A DNA stretch of 63,905 nucleotides, counting the filler, from Chiloscyllium plagiosum (lineage: Eukaryota), in assembly GCF_004010195.1 (NCBI RefSeq). It is 6 parts of one record of this genome, joined end to end, with 100 filler letters (N's around TTAATTAATTAA, not from the genome) between each part and the next. Parts side by side here need not be neighbours in the genome. Positions count along the whole stretch, not along the records: positions 1 to 10,445 come from NC_057716.1; positions 10,546 to 23,753 come from NC_057716.1; 4 more parts are not named here. The stretch is one strand, 5' to 3'. This document shows positions 1 to 11,339 of this stretch, in pieces. How positions within the stretch are numbered: position 1 is the stretch's first letter; the number at the start of each line of letters is the position of its first letter. Under the pieces are notes generated by a model. It ran no database searches and was not told the origin of the DNA. It saw nothing but the letters and a program-made list of their open reading frames with translations. A program made the position numbers and the translations under genes.

Positions 1-684
1 AAGTGGAGTCATAGGTAGATAAGATAGTGAAGAAGGCGTTTGGAATGCTTTCCTTTATTGGTCAGAGCATTGAGTATAGGAGTTGGAAGGTCATGTTGTG
101 GCTGTACAGGACATTGGTCAGGCCACTGTTGGAATATTGCGTGCAATTCTGGTCTCCTTCCTATCGCTAAGATGTTGTGAAACTTGAAAGGGTTCTGAAA
201 AGATTTACAAGGATGTTGCCAGGATTGGAGGATCTGAGCTACAGGGAGAAGCTGAACAGGCTGGGGCTGTTTTCTCTTGAGCCTCGGAGGCTGAGGGGTG
301 ACCTTATAGAGGTTTACAAAATTATGAGGGGCATGGATAGGATAAATAGACAAAGTCTTTTTCCTGGGATCAGACAGTCCAGAACTAGAGAGGGCATAGG
401 TTTAGGGTGAGAGGGGAAAGATATAAAAGGGACCTAAGGGGCAACTTTTTCACGCAGAGGGTGGTACGTGTATGGAATGAGCTGCCAGAGGATGTGGTGG
501 AGGCTGGTACAATTGCAACATTTAAGAGGCATTTGGATGGGTATATGAATAGGAAGGGTTTGGAGGGATATGAGCTGGGTGCTGGCAGGTGGGACTAGAT
601 TGGGTTGGGATATCTGGTCAGTGTGGAAGGGTTGGACCGAAGGGTCTATTTCCATGCTGTACATCTCTATGACTCTATGACTCT
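1..684 (+). mobile_element. CR1-clade LINE (HER1-like), 3' end of ORF2 plus 3' UTR
   Basis: ORFs 177-410 and 407-598 give KLERV.KRFTRMLPGLEDLSYRE.LNRLGLFSLE.RRLRGDLIEVYKIM and NFFTQRVVRVWNELP; ends in a (CTCTATGA)n tail at ~665-684. Confidence 0.95.
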
Positions 685-713
685 GTCTTCAGAGTGGGGA
701 AGGCTTAGTGAGT

Positions 714-1163
714 GGGGGCCAGTTTAGCTCAGCTGACTGGGTCAATGGCTTACAAACCAGCATGATATCGATAATGTGGTTTCAATTCTCTCACAGGCTG
801 ATATTACTATTCCCCTCTCCCTTTCCCCCACTCCTGTGGGGCTATCTTTATTTTCCAGTTGGCAATTAGACACACTGTTGTTCTGTCATTCTCACATTCT
901 GATCACTTAATCTGCACTATCAGGAACCTTCTCTCTTCTAGCACTCCAAACCCCCCCACCATTGCATAAATATTGCCCCTTCCATACTTCACATCACCTC
1001 TGATGAAGAGTCATCTAGATTCAACACATTACCTTCTCCCTGGATGCTGCCTGACCTGCTGTGTTTTTCAGCATTATTCTTTTCAGTTACTATGAAGGGC
1101 TCTCCTTCTCAACCTCTCCCCTCCCGTCAGGTTAAATCATCACAAGTTGTCTCTCTCTCATGA
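714..1163 (+). mobile_element. Old tRNA-derived SINE, interrupted by a Penelope terminal-repeat fragment (~813-1087)
   Basis: tRNA-like head GGGGGCCAGTTTAGCTCAG; body CTTCTCAACC...TCAGGTTAAATCATCAC...TCTCTCTCATGA matches the copy at 15685-15875; insert has a degenerate CTGATGAAGAGTC core at 1000. Confidence 0.6.
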
Positions 1164-3412
1164 ATTTAACACACGTCGAACACTTCTTCTGCCGCCTCCA
1201 CCTCCGAGCTTACTTTTACAATCAGGACTCCCGCCCAACTTCCGAGGACCCCTTCACCCTCCTCCAACGCATTCCATCCACCTAGACACCCCTTACTGGC
1301 CTATTACCCGCCCTCGATCTCTTCATTTCCAACTGCCGCCAGGACGTTAACCGCCATTCCAAACTCTCACCCTCACAACGCACTGCTCTCTACTCCCTCT
1401 GCTCCAATCCCAACCTCAACATCAAGCCAGCAGATAAAGGGGGTGCAGTGGTAGTTTGGCACACTGACCTCGACACCGCTGAAACCAAACGCCAACTTGA
1501 AGACACCTCCTCCAACCACCCCCTTGACCATGACCCCACCCACCATCATCAAACCATCATCTCCCAGACCATACAGAACCTCATCACCTCAGGAGATCTC
1601 CCACCCACAGCTTCCAACCTCATAGTCTTGGAAACCTGCACTGCCTCATTCTACCTCCTTCCCAAGATTCACAAGCCTGACCACCCTGGCCAACCCATTG
1701 TCTCAGCATGCTCCTGCCCCACTGAACTCATCTCTACCTATCCCAAAATTGTCCTATCCCCCCTAGTCCAGGAACTCCCCACATACGTTCGAGACACTTC
1801 CACTTCCTCCAAGACTTCCGTTTCCCCGGCCCCCAACGCCTCATCTTCACCATGGATATCCAATCCCTCTACACATCCATCCGCCATGACCAGGGCCTCC
1901 AAGCCCTTCGATTCCTCCTCTCCTGACGACCCCAACAGTACCCTTCCACCAACACTCTCATTTGTTTGGCTGAACTGGTCCTCACCCTCAACAATTTCTC
2001 GATCGAATCCTCCCACTTCCTCCAGACCAAAAGGGTAGCCATGGGCACCTGTGTGGGTCCCAGCTATGCCTGTCTCTTCGTTGGCTATGTAGAACAGTCC
2101 ATCTTCCATAGTTACACCAGCACCACTCCCCACCTCTTCCTCCGCTACATTGATGACTGCATTGGCACCACCTCGTGCTCCCGTGAGGAGGTTGAGCAAT
2201 TCATCAACTTCACCAACACATTCCACCCTGACCTTAAATTTACCTGGACCATCTCTGACACCTCCCTCCCCTTCCTGGACCTCTCCATCTCCATTAATGA
2301 TGACCGACTTGACACCGACATTTTTTACAAACGCACCGACTCCCACAGCTACCTGGATTACACCTCTTCCCACCCTACCTCCTGCAAAAATGTCATCCCT
2401 TATTCCTAATTCCTCCGCCTCCGCCGTATCTGCTCCTAGGAGGACCAGTTCCACCACAGAACACACCAGATGGCCACCTTCTTTAGAGACCGCAATTTCC
2501 CTTCCCACATGATTAAAGATGCCCTCCAACGCATCCTATCCACATTCTGCACCTCCGCCCTCAGACCCCACCCCTCCAACTGTAACAAGGACAGAACCCC
2601 CCTGGTGCTGACCTTCCACACTACCAATCTTCGCCTAAACCAAATCATCTGATGACATTTCCGCCACCTCCAAACGGACCCCACCACCAGGGATATATTT
2701 CCCTCCCCACCCCTTTCCGCAAAGGCCATTCCCTCCGTGACTACCTGGTCAGGTCCCCCAACAACCCACCCTCCCATCCTGGCACCTTTCCCTGCCACCA
2801 CAGGAATTCCAATACCTGCACCCACACCTCCTCCCTCACCTCCGTCCAAGGGCCCAAAGGAGCCTTCCACATCCATCAATGTTTTACCTGCACGTCAACC
2901 AATATCATTTATTGTATCCGTTGCTCCCGATGCGGTCTCCTCTACATTGGGGAGACTGGACGCCTCCTAGCAGAGCGCTTTAGGGAACAGCTCTAGGACA
3001 CCCGCACCAATCAACCACACCATCCTGTGGCCAATATTTCAACTCCACTTCCCACTCAGCCGAGGGCATGGACGTCCTGGGCCTCCTTCACCGCCGCTCC
3101 CTCACCACCCGACGCCTGGAGGAAGAACATCTCATCTTCCGCCTCGGAACACTTCAACCCCAGGGCATCAATGTGGACTTCACCAGTTTCTTCATTTCAT
3201 CATTCCCCCACCTCACCCCAGTTCCAAACTTCCAGCTCAGCACTGTCCCCATGACTTGTCCTACCTTCCTATTTTCCTTTCCACCTATCCACTCCACCCT
3301 CCTCTCTGACCTATCACCTTCATCCCCACCCCCACTCATGCCTTTTGCCTGAAACGTCAATTTTCCTGCTCCTCAGATGCTGTGCTTTTCCAGCACCACT
3401 CTAATCCAGAAT
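1164..3412 (+). mobile_element. Penelope-like element, Neptune-type (RT + Cys-rich linker + GIY-YIG), 5'-truncated and frameshifted
   Basis: IKPADKGGAVVVW, FYLLPKIHK, AMGT..GPSYA, LRYIDDC, PFLDLSI, GTFPC...FTCTSTNIIYCIRCSRCGLLYIGETGR.LAERFRE; TSD-like TCTCTCTCATGA / TCTCTCTAATGA. Confidence 0.93.
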
Positions 3413-3429
3413 CTCTCTAATGAGAGCCA

Positions 3430-4075
3430 TGATATGGAGGTGCCTGTGTTGGACTAACGAGAGCTGCGCTATGGTCGGGTAAGACTTGATTTTTATTTTA
3501 ATTTAAAAATCGCACAACACCAGGTTATAATCCAACAGGTTTATTTGGAAGCATTAGCTTTAGGAGCGCCGCTCCTTCATTGGTAGTTTTGGAGAATAAG
3601 ATCATGAATACAGAATTTATAGCCAAAGGATTCCAATGTCATAGTGGTACATTAAATAATTTTAGATCAAATCTTTCATCGCTTAGAGTGGGATATGTTG
3701 GTTTCTGTTCTTTGATATGTAAATCCCAGATCTTCTTTTAAATTATATTCTCCAGATTGCTCAGCTTTTCGAATAGGTGTGAAGTCTGCCTTTGTCCCAA
3801 TGTTGAGTCAGACTGACTAGCCCTCTGCTAAGCGTTTTCCATGGATTCATGCAGTTTTTGAGCAAAATAAAATGTAGTTCTGCAGAAACAAATTTACTCC
3901 ATAAACTTATATGTGTGCGTGTGTAGGAGCGACAGAATGAGTGTATATTCTGGATCAGTGGTGCTGGAAGAGCACAGCAATTCAGGCAGGATCCGACGAG
4001 CAGCAAAATCAATGTTTCGGGCAAAAGCCCTTCATCAGAAATGTGTGAGTCTGTGCATGTGGGTGTGAGTGCACG
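3430..4075 (-). mobile_element. 3' terminal region of a second Penelope-like family, with a nested family-1 terminal repeat at ~3946-4041
   Basis: Shares GGAGGTGCCTGTGTTGGACT...CACAACACCAGGTTATA.TCCAACAGG...GGAGCGCCGCTCCTTCAT with 10863-11076; the nested piece reads CTGATGAAGGGCTTTTGCCCGAAAC on the minus strand. Confidence 0.7.
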
Positions 4076-4469
4076 TGATAATTGTTATTATTTCAATTTA
4101 ATTCTCTTTATTACACAACTATTTGAGAAGTGTTTGGCTTATTTCTTGAGAGAAATATTCTACTTTGTCAGTCAGGCTTTTGACTAAGTGTCTATTCTAT
4201 AATTGAGAGTCTGAAACTGAAACTTGACAAAGTAAATTAATTTTGAAACCAAGCTCAGGCTTGTTATCATGCTTCACTGACAGTGACACACTAGCACATT
4301 CAATGAAAGACCCACATTCACAAGCACCACATTACCAAGTCAATCATTCAGGAATGAAAAGCTGGTGACTTCCACATTAGGCAGGTGATGAACCTTTATG
4401 AAGGAGGAAAGGGTTCTTGTGGCTCAGTCATTGTGCCCCTACCTCTGAACTTGGCAGTTCAGGGTGATG

Positions 4470-4602
4470 TAGGAGAAAGTGAGGACTGCAGATGCTGGAG
4501 ACCAGAGTTGAAAAGTGTGGTGCTGGAAAAACACAGCAGACCAGGCAGCTTCCGAGGAGCAGGAGAATCGACGTTTCGGGCATAAGCCCTTCTTCAGGAA
4601 TC
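4470..4602 (-). mobile_element. Penelope terminal repeat with intact hammerhead core, inserted in a short tRNA-SINE (~4411-4660)
   Basis: Minus strand ATTC-CTGAAGA-AGGGCTTATGCCC-GAAACGTC-GATT; flanks resemble the short SINE at 29885-30570. Confidence 0.8.
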
Positions 4603-4691
4603 ATGTCCCACCTGGACCAGAAGTGTATCATTGCAACTCTGAGCAAATTAGTTAACAAAGATCTAACTAGGAAACTGTTCCACTATATACC

Positions 4692-5520
4692 TGTAGCAAA
4701 ATGTGCCTTCTGACCTGAGATGTTTACCATGATCGCCTGGCCATGGCCTGATGCAAGTTCAGGAAAGCAGCATGGAGTATAAATATGGTTTGGAGATGCC
4801 TGTGTTGGACTGGGGTGTACAAAGTTACGAATCACACAACCTGGTGGAGTATAGACTGTCTGCATTAAAATTACCATTTTATCTAAAAGCATTGAAACCA
4901 GACAACTAAGTCAGCATTGAGAAATTCACATCTCCATTTGAGATAAATTGTACATATTAGATATAAAATCTTGCCCAGAACTGTTCAGCTTAGAAAGACA
5001 ACGGAGTCAGACTTGGGAATGTATTAATAGGTCTCATTTTAGTTTTTTTTTTCTCTCCCTGTTTCTCTCAGCCTTTCGGAACAATGCCCAGTAAAAAACA
5101 AATTGGGGAAACACCAAACGGTGATAACTCAAACTTTACCACTACTGAGCATACAAATCAATAATTAAACAACTATTTACTCTTTTTGAAATATGACATC
5201 TTAAGGATTCAGAGATTTCAAGTCAGGCATGCTTTATTCTTCCTGTCTATACCAGAGACCATGTCCTTCTTAAGTTCATTATCCACATTTCTATGCATGT
5301 GTTTGCTGCAATATTTTGTTATTGTTCTTGGAGTTAATAGATAATAAAATTCTTATTTTTTAACTCAAGAAAACCTTATAACTGCTTAATTTTGACCATT
5401 AATCCTTTTTTATTTGAAGTGTCATAGCTTTATATTTAAAAAAGACATACTTAGTGTGAATGACCAAAAGGAGGCTAAAAAGGGAATAGCTGAATCACTT
5501 TTCCTCACCTGGTGACAACA
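4692..5520 (+). mobile_element. Candidate solo LTR
   Basis: TG...CA termini (TGTAGCAAAA...GACAACA), TATAAA near 4778 and AATAAA near 5343; no clear TSD. Confidence 0.35.
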
Positions 5521-5574
5521 GAGTGTGCAGAGTTTGAGTAGTTCCTACAAGATAAGGTGCAAAAAATAAAAAAG

Positions 5575-5815
5575 ACAAAAAGAACTGTGGTGCTGTAAAT
5601 CAGAAGCAAGCACAAAAAAAATTCCTGGAAAAGCTCAGCAGGTCTGGCAGCATTTGGGGAGAGAAATCAGGGTTAATATTTCCGATCGACTGACCCTTCT
5701 TCAGAATCTTTCCCACTGAGAAAGGATCACGACCCAAAATGTTAACTCTGAATTCTCTCCACAGATGCTACCAGATCTGCTGAGCTTTTCCAGCAACTTC
5801 TGTTTTTGTTTCGAG
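5575..5815. mobile_element. Old fold-back (inverted pair) Penelope terminal repeat
   Basis: CTGGAAAAGCTCAGCAGGTCTGGCAGCA...GAGAAATCAG mirrored by CTGAATTCTCTCC...TGCTACCAGATCTGCTGAGCTTTTCCAG; degenerate CTGAAGAAGGGTC core on the minus strand. Confidence 0.7.
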
Positions 5816-6701
5816 CTTACAAAGAATGACCTGCCTATAGGCAACCCATATGTAACTCATATTATACTTGCAGCCATGTTTATTTCCACAACAGAAATCA
5901 AATGCTATTTTCTTCATTGCATCAATCCCAATAAATACCACATAAGATGTAATGTATAACACAGGTCAAATATGGTTTATCTTCCATGCTCTCCAAGTTA
6001 TTATTGTACAGTGTAATTAGTTTCTTCCCATTTACGAAGTGTTGATACAACAATGACAAATGTTAAAGCTGATTAATGTTGACATCGCATTGTTTAATTT
6101 TGTGCTTGGAAACATTTGATGATGGTGTTAATTAGAAGGCAATACTTTCCAATTACCATATAGTACCAATCTTGTGAAAATAAAGGAGAAATATTAATGT
6201 CGATCTCGGAGGTAAAAGCAGCAATATTTGGAAATGAGGGAACTGGTACTCCATTTTGAAGTCAGTTGGACAAGTATATGCCATCTCAGGGTTCACCTTC
6301 TGGGTAAGTACACAGGATTTTCATTTGTTTGTTCGAAGAACAGCATACACAACTTTCAGGTTGTTTCAGTTAGTAGATTAAAAGTAGAGATAAGGCAAAA
6401 TTATTTCCCTCAAATGAATCGATGCTGAGACATTGAGTAAGTTTAAGGAGGCGATACACACATTTTAATTAGAAATGGGCGGAAAGGTAATGGAGAGCGG
6501 AACTGAGGTTGAGATGCAATACACTGGGACTGTATTAAATGGCTGAGCAGTCTGAAAGGAACTGAATTGCTTATTCATACTCGCAGTTCTTGTTACTTAA
6601 CGTGTGGTCACTTCTGAGGTTTCAGGTATGGAGCAAGGAAGTGGGATGAATTAGATAGCAAGGTATTCAGCAATGTTACATTCGGAACTCAGAATCTGAG
6701 G

Positions 6702-6705
6702 AAAA
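6702..6705 (-). terminator. Pol III terminator (TTTT) of tRNA-Cys
   Basis: T4 run 8 nt downstream of the tRNA 3' end on the minus strand. Confidence 0.7.
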
Positions 6706-6713
6706 TGTTATCA

Positions 6714-6785
6714 AGGGGGCACCTGGATTTGAACCAGAGACCTCTTGATCTGCAGTCAAATGCTCTACCACTGAGCTATACCCCC
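6714..6785 (-). tRNA. TRNAC-GCA: tRNA-Cys (anticodon GCA), intronless, 72 nt
   Basis: Reverse complement GGGGGTATAGCTCAGTGGTAGAGCATTTGACTGCAGATCAAGAGGTCTCTGGTTCAAATCCAGGTGCCCCCT; full cloverleaf, intact A and B boxes, near-identical to canonical vertebrate tRNA-Cys. Confidence 0.97.
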
Positions 6786-7496
6786 ACAGTAGCAGTGTTT
6801 CTTGTTGGATTTATTTGTAATTTACATTTTCCCAGAATTAAAATTCATGAAAGTAGAAGGTGCTGCAGTAACCCAACTGCTCTTCAGCACCTGCAGAATT
6901 TTCTGTTTGATTATGCAAGTTAATTTACTAAGGGAGGATCTGGATTTGGACCATGAAAATCATGATCGCTTCCAAATGTTCTACCTCCGAGCTAGAACCC
7001 TGCAGAACATTCTGCAACATTGAAGCGTTTAGTGACAGCTTCCAATACTAAAACAAAAAATAAATGAATGGTGAAATATCAAGGGACTGAAATGGATGGG
7101 TTCATTCTGATAATGAACCAAAAACAAACAGAATGGACAGAAATCTACTCATCGGTGGAGCTTTTTTTCATAACGATAGCCAGCAGATGGAGGGAAATAT
7201 TCAAAACTTTAATTTATCCCAATTCAATGTTAAATCACTGTGGGGGGACATTTGTATTTAAATGAGAAACAGCATTCACCCTAAGCTACGTAGCTGCTCT
7301 GATCTCCAGTGCCCGCTGTGCTCTCGCTGATAGCTGCGCCAAAAAATTGAAGTCCATTTCCTTAATTCGCTGTTGCACACGGGTTTTCATGGCCTTTGCA
7401 ATGGACGAAACAAATTAGGGAGAATGTATTTCAGGACCTCTAGATAAGTAAACAAATACACCTCCATTGATCTAATAATACTTGAAAAAGGAATCA

Positions 7497-7567
7497 TGAT
7501 GTGGAGGTGCTGGTAATGGACTGGGATGGACAAAGTTAAACATCACACAACACTAGGTTATAGTCCA
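7497..7567 (-). mobile_element. Fragment of Penelope family-2 terminus immediately upstream of the Tx1 element
   Basis: GATGTGGAGGTGCTGGTAATGGACTGGGATGGACAAAGTTAAACATCACACAACACTAGGTTATAGTCCA matches ~10867-10936. Confidence 0.75.
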
Positions 7568-7571
7568 GCTA

Positions 7572-7602
7572 GCCTTTTGGCTCAGAATATGTGTACTTTC
7601 TG
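7572..7602 (+). pseudogene. Diverged U2 snRNA 5' fragment (nt 12-42) at the 5' end of the Tx1 element
   Basis: GCCTTTTGGCTCAGAATATGTGTACTTTCTG vs U2 GCCTTTTGGCTAAGATCAAGTGTAGTATCTG, 25/31 ungapped; stem-loop I retained as AGCC-TTTT-GGCT. Confidence 0.75.
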
Positions 7603-7832
7603 AGGACCAGAGGAAGAGATTCTGCTCAAGTGCTGCAGGATCGGCGCAGTGGACGTGTGCTGGCGGGGGAGAGACCACGGGGATCGTGTTGCGAGTCGTC
7701 GGAGCTGCTGGAGACCATCGCTGGATCGTGATTGGACATTGGAGGATCGTTTGGTTGTGCTGACCTGCTCTTGGTGGATTTTATGCTGGCTTCGGCCTAA
7801 CGCCAATTCAGATACCAGCCAACCTCTGAGCT

Positions 7833-9215
7833 ATGGCCTCAGCAGCCGCTCGCAGCCCTGGCCAGGGCATTCACAACACAGTCAGGGTGACTGTGAAGAA
7901 GGTGGAGGAGCACACACCGGTCGATCGGACGGTGTTTGTGAAGAAGGTTTTGCTGGAGTGCTGTGGGTTCGAAGCAGCGGACGTGTACTGCCTGCAGGAT
8001 TTCCCTGCGGCAGGCTATTTCGATGTGACCTTCAGGAGCGTGAAGAATTGCGAGCAGCTCCTGAAGGTNNNNNNNNNNNNNNNNNNNNNNNNNNNNNNNN
8101 NNNNNNNNNNNNNNNNNNNNNNNNNNNNNNNNNNNNNNNNNNNNNNNNNNNNNNNNNNNNNNNNNNNNNNNNNNNNGTGACTTTCAGGAGCGTGAAGAAT
8201 TGCGAGCAGTTCCTGAAGGTCTTCAAGGAGAAAGAAGGGGAGCCTCTGTTCTCCAGCTTGTTGGCGGTCCTGTTGTGTGTGCTTCCTGTGCAGAGGAGTC
8301 GGGTTGTAACAATCCAGATGTACAGCCCCCACGTCCTAGCAGCAGATATCCTGACCTTCCTGAGAAGATATGTACAGGTCGAGGGACAGAGTACCGATGT
8401 GGTCGATCCTTTTGGGATCTGGACCAGCAAACGACAGGTCAGGGTAGCGCTGAGGGTCGATGCCGGTGGGAACATCCTCCACCCACCCTCCAGCTTTGCC
8501 ATCGGAGGAAGCAGAGGTTACCTGGCATACGCAGGGCAGCTGAAAGTGTGCCGAACCTGGGGGAGTTCAGGCCACATGGCGGCGGATTGTAAGGTGACCG
8601 CCTGCCGAAACTGCAAGCAGGAAGGCCACCTGACCAAGGGAGTGTAAGGAGGCCAAGAACTGTAATCTGTGCGGAGAGGCGGGCCACATGTACAAGGCCT
8701 GCCCAAGACGAGGGGCCGCCACCTACGCACAGATGGCCGGAGGTGGCAACACGAGCCGTGGACCGCCCAAGACCAGCAAGGTACCACAAAACAGCAGGGG
8801 AAGGGTGCCTGGAGGCAACCAGAAGGAAGGGCGGGCTGTAGCGGAGCAAACGGCAGACAGCAGGGAGGTGCAGCAGTCGATCCAAGCTCCTGCAAGACAG
8901 ACAGAGGAAATGGAAGAGAAGGGACCAAAGGAGGCAGAGGATTGGATTACCGTGAAAAGCGGGAAGAGGAAACCTCCCAAAGCCACCCAGCGAGGGGGGA
9001 AGCGACATCTACACGGTAAGGATACAGGCAGCTCTTCCGACGGTGAGGACGGGCGCAAGGAGGGTCGTCACCAGAGGAAGAGACAGAGTGCCGTGGGGAA
9101 AAAGAGGGCAGCACCGCCCAAGCAGGAAAAAACGATCCCTCTGAGGGGATGGGTAAAGGCCTCCCCCGACCTGGTGAGAACCAAGAGGTACCCACCAGCC
9201 CACAGCTCCAGGTAA
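7833..9215 (+). pseudogene. Tx1 ORF1 (ZCCHC3-like nucleic-acid-binding protein with three CCHC-type knuckles), frameshifted near 8640
   Basis: MASAAARSPGQGIHNTVRV...VYCLQDFP..GYFDVTF...DPFGIWTSKRQV...HPPSSFAIGGSRGYL.YAGQ, CR..GSSGHMAADC (second Cys mutated), CRNCKQEGH, CNLCGEAGHMYKAC; gap flanks 8025-8068 and 8177-8220 overlap. Confidence 0.88.
8069..8176. other. Assembly gap (108 N) with overlapping flanks
   Basis: 44-bp near-identical sequence on both sides (2 differences). Confidence 0.95.
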
Positions 9216-9527
9216 CTGGGAGCAGTGGTCCTGTGACAGCCCCGCTGTCAGATGGAGAACTGGACCATGCGGACCCTGGGACCGACCCGAAGACACCAGA
9301 GCGGGGAAATGGCTCCAGCGGGAGTGTGGGATACCGCACCTCAGCAGCTACAGGAGATGGTCGAGCTTATGGGCCCATGGGCCGTCAGTTTGGTCGGGGG
9401 GCAACGATAGCCACGCCTCCGGCCTGGGTATCCTGTTGAGAGGAGGCAACTTCACCATCTCCGAGGTTAAGGAGGTGGTGGGCGGGCGCCTCCTCGTCGC
9501 CGACGTCATGTACAGTGTGTTTCTACG

Positions 9528-10445
9528 ATGGCCTTCCTGGCCAACGTTAAAGCCAACGTCCAGTTCCTGCAGGAGTGTGGGATACCGCACCTCAACAGCT
9601 ACAGGAGATGGTCGAGCTTGTGGGCCCATGGGCCGTCAGTTTGGTCGGGGGGCAACGATAGCCGCGCCTCCGGTCTGGGTATCTTGTTGAGAGGAGGCAA
9701 CTTCACCATCTCCGAGCTTAAGGAGGTGGTGGGCGGGTGCCTCCTCGTCGCCGACATCATGTACAGGAATGCTCCCCTGAGACTGATTAATGTGTACGCC
9801 CCAGTGGGTAAGAGTGAACGGTTGGCCGTCCTGCAGCAGCTTCCACTGTTGCTGGTTACGTCCAGGCCGGTCATTCTGGCCGGAGACTTCAACTGTGTCA
9901 TTGATGCAGATGAACGATCCGGCGGGGGGGACAGTAAACTGGACGCCACGTCCAGAGCCCTGATGGACACGGTAAAAGATGCCAAGCTGCACGACGTCTT
10001 CAGCACCCCTGCAGATGGAGCGCAGCGGAGATACACCTGGTCACGGGCAGATGGGTCTATCCGCTCAAGGATAGATTACCTGTTTGTGTCCCGAACGCTT
10101 TCGGTCAGATCCACCGACGTCAAGCCGGTGTTCTTCTCCGACCACTGCCTTCTGCTGGCTGACTGTCACCTACAGGACAAACAGCGGGCTGGTAAGGGAA
10201 CGTGGAAGCTGAACACAAAGCTGTTGACCCCGGGAAACATTGAGGAGCTTAAGAGGGACTACGCAGGTTGGAGAACCGTGAAGCCCCTCCTTTGAGTCCC
10301 TAGCGGACTGGTGGGAAACAGTAAAAGGGAACATCAAGAGGTTCTTCATCCTCAAAGGTGTTCAGGAGGCGAGAGAGAGGCGGAGAAAACTGTCCCAGCT
10401 CCAGGAAAGTATGCAGAACCTGCTCCTGCTGCAGATGATGGGGGT
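9528..10445 (+). pseudogene. Tx1 ORF2 APE endonuclease region (partial, frameshift near 10290)
   Basis: FLQEC, LINVYAP, ILAGDFNC, YTW...SRIDYLF, FSDH, GKGTWKLN motifs. Confidence 0.9.
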
Positions 10446-10545
10446 NNNNNNNNNNNNNNNNNNNNNNNNNNNNNNNNNNNNNNNNNNNNTTAATTAATTA
10501 ANNNNNNNNNNNNNNNNNNNNNNNNNNNNNNNNNNNNNNNNNNNN
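10446..10545. other. Scaffolding spacer N44-TTAATTAATTAA-N44 (also 23754-23853, 35213-35312, 49334-49433, 60598-60697)
   Basis: The same 100-bp construct occurs five times; the 12-mer has stops in all six frames. Confidence 0.97.
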
Positions 10546-10862
10546 CACAGTAAATACTGATGCAAGATATTCATTTAGTATCTCCCCCATTTTCTGCGGC
10601 TCCACACAAAGGCCACCTTGCAGATCTTTGAGGGACCCTATTCTCTCCCTAGTTACCCTTTTGTCCTTAATATATTTGTAAAAACCCTTTGGATTCTCCT
10701 TAATTCTATTTGCCAAAGCTATCTCATGTCACCTTTTTGCCCTCCTGATTTCCCTCTTAAGTATACTCCTACTTCCTTTATACTCTTCTGAGGATTCACT
10801 CGCTCTATCCTGTCTATACCTGACATATGCTTCCTTCTTTTTCTTAACCAAATTCTCAATTT

Positions 10863-11076
10863 ATTTGATTTGGAGATGCCAGTGTTGAACTGGGGTGTAC
10901 AAAGTTAAAAATCACACAACACCAGGTTATCCTCCAACAGGTTTAATTAGAAGCACACTAGCTTTCGGAGCGACGCTCCTTCATCAGGTGGTAGTGATGA
11001 AGGAGCATCGCTCCGAAAGCTAGTGTGCTTCCAATTAAACCTGGTGGCTTATAACCTGGTGTTGTGTTATTTTTAA
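10863..11076. mobile_element. Fold-back Penelope family-2 terminal-repeat insertion, 8-bp TSD
   Basis: Inverted arms centred near 10990; TSD CTCAATTT at 10855-10862 and 11077-11084. Confidence 0.85.
10956..10990 (-). ncRNA. Minimal hammerhead ribozyme, family 2
   Basis: CAC-CUGAUGA-A-GGAGC(GUC)GCUCC-GAAA-GCUA-GUG; stems I and II pair, stem III is palindromic AGCU. Confidence 0.7.
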
Positions 11077-11339
11077 CTCAATTTCTTTAGTCATCCAGCA
11101 TTCCCTATACCTACCAGCCTTCTCTTTCACCCTGACAGGAATATACTTTCTCTCGATTCTTGTTATCTCATTTCTGAAGGCTTCCCATTTTCCAGCCGTC
11201 CCTTTACCTGCGAACATCTGCCTCCGATCAGCTTTCGAAAGTTCTTGCCTAATAGCATCAAAATTGGCCTTTCTCCAACTTAGAATTTCAGCTTTTAGAT
11301 CTGGTCTATTCTTCCATCACTATTTTAAAATGAATAGAA

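Larger units (their letters stand above)
7572..10445 (+). mobile_element. Tx1-clade non-LTR retrotransposon (Keno-like): 5' UTR, ORF1 and ORF2 endonuclease; runs into a gap
   Basis: GC- and CpG-rich young element with ZCCHC3-like ORF1 and APE endonuclease ORF2. Confidence 0.92.
10546..11335 (-). mobile_element. CR1 ORF2 internal fragment
   Basis: ANRIKENPKGFYKYIKDKRVTRERIG.LKD, WEAFRNEI...IPVR; same family as 49680-53470. Confidence 0.9.

Noticed and set aside
1738..2529. Long antisense or alternate-frame ORFs (also 18161-19057, 46242-47198, 46676-47473)
   Set aside because: By-products of the C-rich, stop-poor Neptune sequence.
8025..8220. 44-bp direct repeat around the N108 gap
   Set aside because: Overlap of two contig ends from paralogous copies; merging them restores a continuous ORF1.
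7833..9215. Host ZCCHC3 gene
   Set aside because: Frameshifted and followed by a LINE endonuclease ORF2; it is retrotransposon ORF1.
10446..10545. Recurrent palindrome TTAATTAATTAA inside N runs (five times)
   Set aside because: Always centred in exactly 100 bp (N44-12-N44); an artificial six-frame-stop scaffolding linker, not biology.
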